IMG/VR virus record: IMGVR_UViG_3300020005_000004
Location: 4,336 to 68,335 of that record
Origin: a virus
Reading direction: 5' to 3' (one strand)
DNA: 64,000 nt
Part shown: positions 8,016 through 16,360 of the stretch, in pieces
Numbering within the stretch: position 1 is the first letter of the stretch
Layout: each line of letters opens with the position of its first letter
Position numbers and translations under genes: made by a program
Notes under the pieces: generated by a model
The model's database searches: none
What the model was told of the DNA's origin: nothing
What the model saw: the letters and a program-made list of their open reading frames with translations, nothing else

Positions 8016-8906
8016 ATGAACGAATTAATTAAAATAACCGAATTTGCTCCGGTTGAAAAAAGGATGCAGGAAGCGGGTTTTTCTATTGAGAAGGTAAAAC
8101 AGGAAGTTTCCTTTGCCCTTCAGTTAATCAATAAGTCTGCACAACTTCAAAAATGCTCTAAAGAATCACTTCAGCAAGCAGTTTTAAACATTTCAAATAT
8201 TGGGCTTTCACTTAACCCTGCGGCAAAAGAGGCGTATTTAATACCAAGATGGAACGGGGCTTTAAAGATAATGGAGGCGAGTTTAGAACCTGGATATGTC
8301 GGGCTTGTTAAACTCCTTACAGATGCGGGATCGGTTAAGTCAATGGTCTGCCAACTTGTTTACGATGGCGATACTTTTGAAATTGACTTAGCTAATAATA
8401 TGCAGCCAGTAACTCACAAACCGGAACTTTCAAGGGCTAAGAAAGGGAATATCAAAGGAGCTTACGCTTTAGCTACGTTAATTGACAATACCCGCCAAGT
8501 TGAATTTATGGACGTTGAAGAAATTGATGGCATTAGAGGCCGTTCAGAGACCTATAAAGCCTACCTTGAAAACAAGATAAAATCCTGCACTTGGGTTTCA
8601 GACTACGGGGAAATGGCAAGGAAAACGGTTATAAAGAGAATTTACAAGTATTTGCCAAGAACCGAAAGGATGGATCAGATTGACGAGGCAATAAAACAGG
8701 ATAACTCAGATTTTACGGCTTCCGATTCTCAGGTTTACTATATCGAAAATTTACTGAATAATTCAACCTTAGAAGAAAGGCAGAGGGCGCAAATAGAAAT
8801 GGAACTTCCGGTTATGGGATCACAAAGGGCAAACGAAGTGATAAATATGCTTAAAATGAATCAGCAACTTTCAGATAAAGAAACATTAAAAAGGATTCAG
8901 TCATGA
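8016..8906 (+). CDS. recT: RecT-family single-strand annealing protein
   Basis: GLSLNP...AYLIP, GY.GL, GAYA and EMARKTVIKR..KYLP motifs. Confidence 0.88.
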   Translation: MNELIKITEFAPVEKRMQEAGFSIEKVKQEVSFALQLINKSAQLQKCSKESLQQAVLNISNIGLSLNPAAKEAYLIPRWNGALKIMEASLEPGYVGLVKLLTDAGSVKSMVCQLVYDGDTFEIDLANNMQPVTHKPELSRAKKGNIKGAYALATLIDNTRQVEFMDVEEIDGIRGRSETYKAYLENKIKSCTWVSDYGEMARKTVIKRIYKYLPRTERMDQIDEAIKQDNSDFTASDSQVYYIENLLNNSTLEERQRAQIEMELPVMGSQRANEVINMLKMNQQLSDKETLKRIQS

Positions 8907-9256
8907 TAATCCTTCCTGCACAACTTGACGGGCTTAGAACTTTAGCGGATAAAACCCTAAAGATAACTTTTGAAACTCAGGAGTTAAACCCGCAGGACCT
9001 TTTAGGTCTGATGGAAAATATGCACCAATTTGGCTACTTGGCTTTCAAAAAAGAACCATTCAAAGAAGATGAAAAAGAAATGCTCCAGGAGTTGAAATCA
9101 GATTTTGAATTTAAAGGAAAAACCAGTTCGCAAAGATTACGATCCGTACTCTATGTAATGTTTCAGAATAATAACGAGGGCTTTGATAGTTCGGTTAAAC
9201 ACTATGAGCATTGGATGGAAAGGATAATTACTCAAATGAAAACTAAATTACCCTGA
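8903..9256 (+). CDS. Conserved phage hypothetical protein
   Basis: KT.SQRLR.VLY motif. Confidence 0.65.
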   Translation: MIILPAQLDGLRTLADKTLKITFETQELNPQDLLGLMENMHQFGYLAFKKEPFKEDEKEMLQELKSDFEFKGKTSSQRLRSVLYVMFQNNNEGFDSSVKHYEHWMERIITQMKTKLP

Positions 9257-9627
9257 TGGCAAAAGTAAAATCATTAAAAGGGTTAAAGAAAAAAGCGATC
9301 ACCGTTTTTAATAAGTGGATTCGTGTAAGGGACAAAAACAAAGGCTGTATTTCCTGCGGTGGTGGCGTTCACAATGCAGGACATTTTTATCATGGTCATA
9401 TTTATTCAGCCCTTCAGTTTAATGAGGTCAATGTTCAGGGGCAATGCGTTCATTGTAACTTATCGAAAGCTGGGAATGAAAAAGGATTCAGACAAGGACT
9501 TATAAGACGTTACGGACAGGATAAAGTTGATCTGTTGGATTCAGCAGCAAGGCACAGAAAGGTTTGGACAGAAGTTGAATTAACTTTTATAATAAATCAT
9601 TACAAATGCCAGGAGTTATCAAATTAA
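9256..9627 (+). CDS. ninG: NinG/Rap-like recombination nuclease
   Basis: FN.WIR.RD...CISCG, AGH, F.E.N..GQC..CN. Confidence 0.85.
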   Translation: MAKVKSLKGLKKKAITVFNKWIRVRDKNKGCISCGGGVHNAGHFYHGHIYSALQFNEVNVQGQCVHCNLSKAGNEKGFRQGLIRRYGQDKVDLLDSAARHRKVWTEVELTFIINHYKCQELSN

Positions 9628-9800
9628 TAAAATGGGCTATGACAGTAAAAAAAGTTCATTACTATTCTACTAAAGAATGGAAGTCAATAGTGGAAAGTTG
9701 GATAAAATTATATGGTGATAGCATTGATACTTATTTTATTCACATAGTTCCAGACAGGCAAACGGATAGATTTTTAGAAACCAAAAACAAATCAAAATGA
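9606..9800 (+). CDS. Hypothetical protein
   Basis: VHYYSTKEWKS and YFIHIVPDR shared with 56617..56817. Confidence 0.7.
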   Translation: MPGVIKLIKWAMTVKKVHYYSTKEWKSIVESWIKLYGDSIDTYFIHIVPDRQTDRFLETKNKSK

Positions 9801-10270
9801 AGCTAATACCACTTACACAGGGGCAGTTTGCGATGGTTGACGATGATGATTATGATGAATTATCAAAGTTTAAATGGCAAGTATATACAAGCAAAAGACA
9901 TATCATGTATGCCATAAGAACTACTCCAGATGATAAAACTGTTTATATGCACAGGTCTATTTTGAAAATAACTGATCGTTATCTTTTTACAGATCATAGA
10001 GATCATAATGGATTGAATAACCAAAAAGATAATCTAAGAAAAGCTACAATGGCAGAAAATAATGCTAATAGAAGAAGGTTTAAAAAGGGTACATCAATTT
10101 ATCGTGGCGTTTGGTTTGATTCTTATTATGGCGTTTACAAAGTGCAAATATCAGAGAATGGCAGGAAGGTACATTTAGGCCGGTTTAAAAATGAAATTGA
10201 TGCGGCAAAAGCATATAATGAAGCGGCTATTAAATACCATAAAGAATTTGCATTTTTAAACGAAGTTTGA
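9797..10270 (+). CDS. HNH-AP2 homing endonuclease
   Basis: LTQGQFAMVDD, DHRDHNGLNNQK.NLR, HLGRF..E.DAAKAYN. Confidence 0.9.
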   Translation: MKLIPLTQGQFAMVDDDDYDELSKFKWQVYTSKRHIMYAIRTTPDDKTVYMHRSILKITDRYLFTDHRDHNGLNNQKDNLRKATMAENNANRRRFKKGTSIYRGVWFDSYYGVYKVQISENGRKVHLGRFKNEIDAAKAYNEAAIKYHKEFAFLNEV

Positions 10271-10363
10271 TTCAAGAGGAAAACCCTGACCTTCGGGGAA
10301 CGGTGAATGAGGCAAGGCAAAAGGAAGGGGAGGAAGTAAGAAAACAAATTAAAAATTAAATAT

Positions 10364-10621
10364 ATGAAACTTGATATATCTGGAGTTATCACCACAAATA
10401 ACCCCGAAAAGATAAACCACAATTCATCAATCATGGTTTATACAAATAGGATTAGTGGAATACTTAGCCATAAGATGTGCATTGAAATAGTAAATGAGAA
10501 AGGCGAAGATATTAATGATTCTATTTGCATGGAGTTTAATAAAAATGAAGCGTTATATTTAATGAAGTTTCTATCAGCTTTTATTGCTGAAAAAGATATT
10601 GATATTAATGAAGAGGATTAA
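10364..10621 (+). CDS. Hypothetical protein
   Basis: A-rich start, operon position. Confidence 0.55.
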   Translation: MKLDISGVITTNNPEKINHNSSIMVYTNRISGILSHKMCIEIVNEKGEDINDSICMEFNKNEALYLMKFLSAFIAEKDIDINEED

Positions 10622-10623
10622 AA

Positions 10624-11025
10624 ATGGCAACCTACTATGACCCTAATTGGTTTAATTACTGTGTTGCTTGCCGAAAACATAAGACTTGGTATAATTTTAA
10701 AGATTTGGCAAGAGGAAAAGAAGGGGTTTGTTTAAGATGTCAAGATAGACAAAGTAAAAATATTATAATATTAAAACTCGATAGACTGTTAACAATTGCT
10801 ATGAAAAATAAAATGTCCGATTTGAGAAACCACCTCTTTGAAACGATTGAATCTTTAAGAGACAATTCAATTACTCCAGAAAAAGCAAAAGCGGTTTGTG
10901 AGGTTGCACAGGTGATAATAAATTCCGCAAAGGTTGAATTAGATTTTTTAAAGGTTATCGGTGGAAAGAAAAGTGATTTTTTACAAATAGAAGATAAAGA
11001 ACTTACAAATGGAAAAGATTCTTAA
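10624..11025 (+). CDS. Hypothetical protein, Cys-rich N-terminus plus LRNHLF..IE.L domain
   Basis: Two CxxC motifs; internal Met at 10801 may start a separate protein. Confidence 0.6.
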   Translation: MATYYDPNWFNYCVACRKHKTWYNFKDLARGKEGVCLRCQDRQSKNIIILKLDRLLTIAMKNKMSDLRNHLFETIESLRDNSITPEKAKAVCEVAQVIINSAKVELDFLKVIGGKKSDFLQIEDKELTNGKDS

Positions 11026-11290
11026 ACTCATAGTTTTTATCGCAATAATATTTGCTATCTTTTGTTCTTGCAGTAAAACAGAAATCAAAACCGAAGGCCA
11101 ATGTTTAATTATTTCTTTGAAGTACACAACTCAAAAGGCATTTTTAAAAACCGATACTCTTTACAACGATTACCTTACCGGACATTGGTTCCAGGTGTTT
11201 GTTGAGAATAAGAAGATTTGGGATTTAGACACAGGTTTTAGGGTTTGTGATCGGGATTTATTTGAGAGAAGAATTTATATTATAAAATGA
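11009..11290 (+). CDS. Lipoprotein
   Basis: Signal peptide ending FCSC. Confidence 0.6.
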   Translation: MEKILKLIVFIAIIFAIFCSCSKTEIKTEGQCLIISLKYTTQKAFLKTDTLYNDYLTGHWFQVFVENKKIWDLDTGFRVCDRDLFERRIYIIK

Positions 11291-11835
11291 AAGTATTAAT
11301 AGCTTGTGAAGAAAGCCAAGTAGTTTGTAAAGCCTTCAGAGAAAAAGGGCATGAGGCGTTTAGTTGTGATATACAAGACTGTTCCGGCGGTCATCCTGAG
11401 TGGCATATTAAAGACGATATTTTTAATGTTATTTATCAGGATTGGGATTTAAGAATAGGTTTCCCGCCATGCGATCATTTAGCTGTTTCAGGCGCAAGGT
11501 GGTTTGAAGAAAAAAGAAAGGACGGAAGGCAGCAAAAGGGAATTGAATTCTTTTTAAGGCTTGCAGAGGTTTGTAATGCGATTGAAAACCCAATAGGAAT
11601 AATGAGTTCTTTATTCAGGAAACCGGATCAGATAATTCAGCCCTGGCAATTCGGTCATGGAGAAACGAAGGCAACTTGTCTTTGGTTGAAAGGATTGCCA
11701 TTACTTAAAGCAACAAACGAAGTAACCGGGCGAGAAGGCAGGATTTGGCGAATGGCTCCTGGACCTAACAGATCAAAAGAACGATCAAAAACCTTTAGCG
11801 GAATTGCGGAAGCAATGAGTTTGCAATGGGGATAA
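11287..11835 (+). CDS. Short phage-type putative DNA cytosine methyltransferase
   Basis: VLIACEES, FPPC, IENP and RSKTF.GIAEAM..QWG motifs. Confidence 0.75.
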   Translation: MKVLIACEESQVVCKAFREKGHEAFSCDIQDCSGGHPEWHIKDDIFNVIYQDWDLRIGFPPCDHLAVSGARWFEEKRKDGRQQKGIEFFLRLAEVCNAIENPIGIMSSLFRKPDQIIQPWQFGHGETKATCLWLKGLPLLKATNEVTGREGRIWRMAPGPNRSKERSKTFSGIAEAMSLQWG

Positions 11836-11842
11836 AATAAAT

Positions 11843-11968
11843 TTTGTTTACTAACTGTTCTTTTATAAATTAGCGTTGAATTTTAGCCGGGTGCATCGGT
11901 TGAGATGGAAACTCGTAATGGGCTTTAAGGCGTAGGGATGCACCCCCGAAACCTTAAAGCCTTTTTTA
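11843..11968 (+). promoter_or_regulatory. Promoter plus two-hairpin leader/attenuator of the replication gene
   Basis: TTTG-N19-TAAATTAG; hairpins 11885-11901 and 11921-11961 followed by a T run. Confidence 0.7.
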
Positions 11969-11978
11969 ATTTAACTGC

Positions 11979-12659
11979 ATGGCTGAAGGAAAAAATAAAA
12001 TAATAGTCTATAAGGATTGGATTAAAAAATTTGAAGCCCTTAAAGATGTTGAGGCCGGTAAATTAATCAAACACTTCTTTCGTTATGTAAACGATCTAAA
12101 CCCTGTGGCTCCTGACAGGATAACTGAGCTTTCGTTTATTGACATTGAACAAACACTTAAAAGGGATTTAAAGAAGTGGGAAAGTTTTGTTGAAAAACAA
12201 TCTGAAAATGGTAAAAAAGGCGGCAGACCTGAAAACCCAAAAGAACCCAAAGAAAGCCAAATAACCCAAGCCTTAAATAATAAACCCAAAAAAGCCGTTA
12301 TTGATAATGTTATTGTTATTGATAATGATACTAAAATACAGAATATAGATATAGACTTCGCTTTGGAACTTCCAGAAATGAAAATTAATAACGCAATCGA
12401 ATATTTAAGCAGAACCAGAAAAACGGAAGCTGATCGTGACTTAGTGTTAACCCTATGGACTGCATTTAAAGAAAAGAATTTCACCGGCGAAAAATTTTAC
12501 AAATCTGAGGCTAAAATATTTGGACACTTTTTTGAAACTTTAAAATTTGAAAAAATAAATGGACATCCAAAAACTCAAACAAGCAATAGACACAAGGGAG
12601 CCATGCAACTTGTCTCAAATCTCAAACAAAATTACACCGGAAGAAAAGAAGATTCTTGA
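11979..12659 (+). CDS. Putative replication initiator (DUF6291-like N-terminus)
   Basis: AG.L.K....YVND.NP, LKRDLKKW, NGKKGGRP; paralog of 59617..60261. Confidence 0.7.
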   Translation: MAEGKNKIIVYKDWIKKFEALKDVEAGKLIKHFFRYVNDLNPVAPDRITELSFIDIEQTLKRDLKKWESFVEKQSENGKKGGRPENPKEPKESQITQALNNKPKKAVIDNVIVIDNDTKIQNIDIDFALELPEMKINNAIEYLSRTRKTEADRDLVLTLWTAFKEKNFTGEKFYKSEAKIFGHFFETLKFEKINGHPKTQTSNRHKGAMQLVSNLKQNYTGRKEDS

Positions 12660-13083
12660 ACTTAAATATTCCGGCAAAAGGTTTGGACAAATGCAGCCCG
12701 TTGAAATATTAGAATCTGCTCAGCAAGTTCTTTTAAGGGTTCATGTAATTGCAGGATGGGTAATGCCAGCCGATGAACTTGTGGCAATCCTGGTTGATGA
12801 GTTCTCAAAAAAAATAGTAGAATCTTATCCAAATGTTACGGCTGAAGAAATTGCTTATGCTTTTAGATCGGAAGGTTATAAGGTTAAAGAATGGGGAAAG
12901 GCTTTAAACATTGGATTGATTGATGAAGTCATGGTCCCGTACTTGGAAAAAAGATTTGAATTAAGCAGGTTTGAAGAACAAAAAAAACAGATAGAATACA
13001 AACCTGACCTTGCACAAATAGAAAAAGAATATCAGGATTTTTTACAAACCGATTTAGGCAAACAATTAAATCCTAAAATATGA
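12559..13083 (+). CDS. Putative replication accessory (helicase loader/inhibitor-like) protein
   Basis: Follows the initiator; C-terminus shared with 60191..60712. Confidence 0.5.
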   Translation: MDIQKLKQAIDTREPCNLSQISNKITPEEKKILELKYSGKRFGQMQPVEILESAQQVLLRVHVIAGWVMPADELVAILVDEFSKKIVESYPNVTAEEIAYAFRSEGYKVKEWGKALNIGLIDEVMVPYLEKRFELSRFEEQKKQIEYKPDLAQIEKEYQDFLQTDLGKQLNPKI

Positions 13084-13412
13084 CTAAAGAAATGTTTGAA
13101 TGGATTACAGCATGGCAGCGTGAAAAGTTCACCAAAGCCACGTCAATGAGTGCCGCCAATCATCTAAATGAAGAAATTAAAGAATTGTTATGTGAACTTA
13201 ACGACGGGCAAACCGGATTTTTTTCTGACAATCAAAAAGAGAAAATTAAAAAAGAGTATGCAGATTGTTTTCTGTTGCTATTCGGTTCTGCATCACTATT
13301 TGGGCTATCCTATGAAGATATTTGCAAAGCAATCAATGATAAAATGGAAATAAATAAAGCCCGTAAATGGGGCGAAGTTAATGAGCAAGGTTATGTAAAA
13401 CATATTGATTAA
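13080..13412 (+). CDS. MazG-like dATP/dGTP pyrophosphohydrolase (DUF550-like)
   Basis: HL.EEI.E, EYADC, KMEINKARKW. Confidence 0.8.
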   Translation: MTKEMFEWITAWQREKFTKATSMSAANHLNEEIKELLCELNDGQTGFFSDNQKEKIKKEYADCFLLLFGSASLFGLSYEDICKAINDKMEINKARKWGEVNEQGYVKHID

Positions 13413-13468
13413 AGGATACGCAAAGACAGATTTAATTTTTTCTGACATACTAAAAATAAGAAAATGAA

Positions 13469-13864
13469 ATGCCAATAGACTACAAAGAATATCATCCTGA
13501 ATGGAAAACAAAGATTCGTCCTGATATTTTAGAAAGGGATAATCATTGTTGTAAATTTTGCAAAGTGAAAAACCACAGTATAATTCACAGAACAGGCAAA
13601 GGGATGAATGATTGGTTTTACTGGCCGGAAGGAATGGAAAGCGAAGCATGGACTTTGGACGGGTTAAAAAGCACAAAAATTGTTTTAACTATTGCACATC
13701 TTGACCACGACAAAACTAATAACGATTATGAAAACCTTGCAGCCCTTTGTCAAAAATGCCACTTAGGAATAGATTTAAAACATCACATGAAAAACGCAAG
13801 AGAGACAAACGAAAAGAAGAAAAAACTTCAAAGATTATTCGATGAAAGCAATCAGAATATATAG
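13469..13864 (+). CDS. HNH endonuclease
   Basis: C.FC, LTIAHLDH...N....NLAALCQKCH. Confidence 0.85.
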   Translation: MPIDYKEYHPEWKTKIRPDILERDNHCCKFCKVKNHSIIHRTGKGMNDWFYWPEGMESEAWTLDGLKSTKIVLTIAHLDHDKTNNDYENLAALCQKCHLGIDLKHHMKNARETNEKKKKLQRLFDESNQNI

Positions 13865-13867
13865 CGC

Positions 13868-14230
13868 ATGAATATAAGCGAATGGGTACATAAGAAGAAC
13901 GACAACAATATTTCCGATGGGGAGTTTTTAAAAATATTAGATCAGGCTACTTTAAATTTCGGACAAGAATGTTTAATTACTTATTCAAAGTCGTACCAGG
14001 AAAACCCCAAAGCATTTATAAACTCGTTTATCAAATTCGATTCAGCAAAAATGGCTTGCCAGTATGTGATTAAATACGCAAGAAAGGAAGGCATTTTAAA
14101 AGAGTTGGAAGGGCAGAAAGATTTCACAGAATGGGTTAATAAACAAAGAATAGATGAAAAATGGAAACTCGTGCTTAGTGAATTATTATTGATAATTTGG
14201 GGCGCAACAAAAGACGAAAACCCAATTTAG
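13868..14230 (+). CDS. Hypothetical protein
   Basis: Operon position. Confidence 0.55.
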   Translation: MNISEWVHKKNDNNISDGEFLKILDQATLNFGQECLITYSKSYQENPKAFINSFIKFDSAKMACQYVIKYARKEGILKELEGQKDFTEWVNKQRIDEKWKLVLSELLLIIWGATKDENPI

Positions 14231-14280
14231 GGCGAATTTCTTACCTTAGTGTTTCACGTGGAACAATCTGTGAAACAACT

Positions 14281-14574
14281 GTGAATAAAAAACCCCGTTT
14301 AGAAAACCTAAAACCCTTTAAAAAGGGACACGACGAAAGGCGAAACATGAAGGGTGCGCCAAAACTTCCAAACCTTGAAGAGTTAATGGCTGAAGTTTTA
14401 GATGAACAAAAAGACGGCAAAACGGCAGCGCAACAAATCTTAGCCAAACTGGTTGCAAAGGCAATTAAAGGAGACATAAGAGCCGCAGAAGTATTATTTG
14501 ATCGTGGTTATGGCAGGGCAAAACAGGCTATTGATTTAAACGTTAAAGAAACGGACGTTGATTTTACTTTCTAA
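14281..14574 (+). CDS. Terminase small subunit (DUF5681-like)
   Basis: NLKPFKKG...N.KG.P, A.KGD..A...LFDR.YG; coupled to TerL; GTG start inferred. Confidence 0.7.
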   Translation: MNKKPRLENLKPFKKGHDERRNMKGAPKLPNLEELMAEVLDEQKDGKTAAQQILAKLVAKAIKGDIRAAEVLFDRGYGRAKQAIDLNVKETDVDFTF

Positions 14575-15830
14575 TGAAGATAAAAACTCCCCAACTATCC
14601 GACTATCAGAAGCAAATGATAGACTCCCCTTTAAACACAATCACAGAAGCAGGGACTAAAATAGGCAAAACGGTTTCGCATATGTGGTGGTTATTCAGGG
14701 AAGCTCAACAACCCCATGTTCAGGTCGGTTGGAATTATTGGTGGGTTGCTCCAATCAATGAACAGGCTAAAATCGCTTTTAACCGTATTTGTGCTAAGAT
14801 TAAGGGCAATCCGAACTACACGATTTACAATTCCTCACCGTACACGATAGTGACCCCTAAAGGCACTAAAATCGTTTTCAGGTCAGGTGACGATCCTGAT
14901 TCACTTTACGGAGAGGATGTTTACGGGGTAGTTATTGACGAAGGATCAAGGATGAAGGAAGGTGCTTTTCATGCTATCCTTTCTACGACAACAGCGACAA
15001 ACGGACGAATAAGGTGTATAGGAAACATGAGAGGGATTGATAATTGGTACTATCAGTTAGCAAGAAAGGTTCAGGACGGACTTTTGCCAACTTGGGAGCA
15101 TTTTAAGTTCACGGCTGACGATGCGGTTAAAGCCGGAATACTCACACAAGAGAAAATTGATGAACAAAGGGCAATTTATCCGGAAGGGATATTTTTAGAG
15201 TTGTTCTTTTGCATACCATTCATCAATATGGGTAATAGGTTTGCTTTTTCTTTCAAGACAGATAAGCACGTTTCAGAAACAAAGTTCAATCCAGAATACC
15301 CGCTTTACCTTTCGTTTGACTTTAATCGTAACCCGATTTGTTGTGCAGTTTTTCAACACTACTCAGATAGGATATTTGGGATAGAATCTATCAAATTACC
15401 TAACTCAGATATTTACCGGCTTTGCGATACGATAAAAATGAAATATCCGAAAGCCCTTTTAATTGTCAATGGTGATGCAACAGGTCAAGCAAGTTCAGCA
15501 CTCGTAAAAGATAATTTGAATTACTATAAAGTGATCAGGACACAATTAAACCTTAGTCCTAATCAAATAAAAATACCTACGGTTAATCCTGGCATTGCAG
15601 AAAATCAGGTCTTGGTAAACTCAATGCTTGAGCATTATCGCATAAGTTTAGACCCTACTAATTGTGCTCCTCTCATTCACGATCTTCAGTTTGTGGAAAT
15701 GCTTCCTGATGGCTCAATTAAAAAGGGTGACAGGGAAGACCCGAACCAACAGGCAGACAGTTTGGATTGCTTCAGATATTACCTTAATGCAAATTTTAAA
15801 TGGTTTCTTAAAACTTGGCAAGGAAATTAG
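14574..15830 (+). CDS. terL: Terminase large subunit
   Basis: Walker A variant GTKIGKT, VIDE Walker B, SFDFN nuclease start, D..D..RY. Confidence 0.92.
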   Translation: MKIKTPQLSDYQKQMIDSPLNTITEAGTKIGKTVSHMWWLFREAQQPHVQVGWNYWWVAPINEQAKIAFNRICAKIKGNPNYTIYNSSPYTIVTPKGTKIVFRSGDDPDSLYGEDVYGVVIDEGSRMKEGAFHAILSTTTATNGRIRCIGNMRGIDNWYYQLARKVQDGLLPTWEHFKFTADDAVKAGILTQEKIDEQRAIYPEGIFLELFFCIPFINMGNRFAFSFKTDKHVSETKFNPEYPLYLSFDFNRNPICCAVFQHYSDRIFGIESIKLPNSDIYRLCDTIKMKYPKALLIVNGDATGQASSALVKDNLNYYKVIRTQLNLSPNQIKIPTVNPGIAENQVLVNSMLEHYRISLDPTNCAPLIHDLQFVEMLPDGSIKKGDREDPNQQADSLDCFRYYLNANFKWFLKTWQGN

Positions 15831-15842
15831 TATATTTACTCT

Positions 15843-16127
15843 ATGAATATTCATATCCACATACATCACCATAACAATGATGGTGAGGATATCCTAAAAA
15901 TTTTAAAATTAATTAAAATGGAACAATCAGAATTAGCCGCACAATTAACAGCACTACAAACACAAACTGAAAAAGCCAAAGCCGAAATTCTTTCTAAGAT
16001 CGCTGACCTTGAAGGAGCTTTAGACGCAGCCGATGACGTTACTCCTGAAGTTCAGGCAGCTTTCGATGCACTTAAAGCAAGTGTTCAGGGTGTTGACGAT
16101 ATTGTTGCTGACGCTCCAACTACTTAA
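15843..16127 (+). CDS. His-rich N-terminus coiled-coil protein
   Basis: IHIHIHHH then acidic coiled coil; two ORFs occupy this slot in copy B. Confidence 0.65.
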   Translation: MNIHIHIHHHNNDGEDILKILKLIKMEQSELAAQLTALQTQTEKAKAEILSKIADLEGALDAADDVTPEVQAAFDALKASVQGVDDIVADAPTT

Positions 16128-16149
16128 AACTTTTTGTGGTTAATGGTTT

Positions 16150-16360
16150 TTTGAAACCGGATATTTCCATATTCGGTTTTTTGTATTATATTTAAATCTG
16201 ATAAGAGAAGGGGTTAGAGCCTTCCCTACAGTCAACTTCTGATCCCTCCCTATTTCCATAGGGAGATTCTTTTTAGAGTAAAGCGGTTAGTTACCGTTTT
16301 CATAAACTTGGTTTGTTTTAATAGTAAAGTCGAATTGTTTCTACATTTCGGCTTTTTTGT
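16150..16360 (+). other. Multi-hairpin intergenic region (terminators or structured RNA)
   Basis: At least four inverted repeats; first ~115 bp identical to 63884-64000. Confidence 0.6.

Larger units (their letters stand above)
1..16246 (+). repeat. Copy A of a long, divergent direct repeat (lysis to terminase region)
   Basis: Collinear with 46319-64000: holin, spanin, endolysin, NinG, replication protein, TerL and the final ~115 bp all have counterparts. Confidence 0.95.

Noticed and set aside
9797-10270. Group I intron around the HNH-AP2 gene
   Set aside because: No room for a ribozyme core: the gene is coupled to the upstream stop and ends about 10 bp before the downstream fragment
1-16246. 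Ordinary direct terminal repeat or circular-contig overlap
   Set aside because: The copies differ by whole genes and many substitutions, so this is not a simple duplicated end
16190-16300. tRNA gene
   Set aside because: Hairpins are present but no cloverleaf, T-loop consensus or CCA end could be traced
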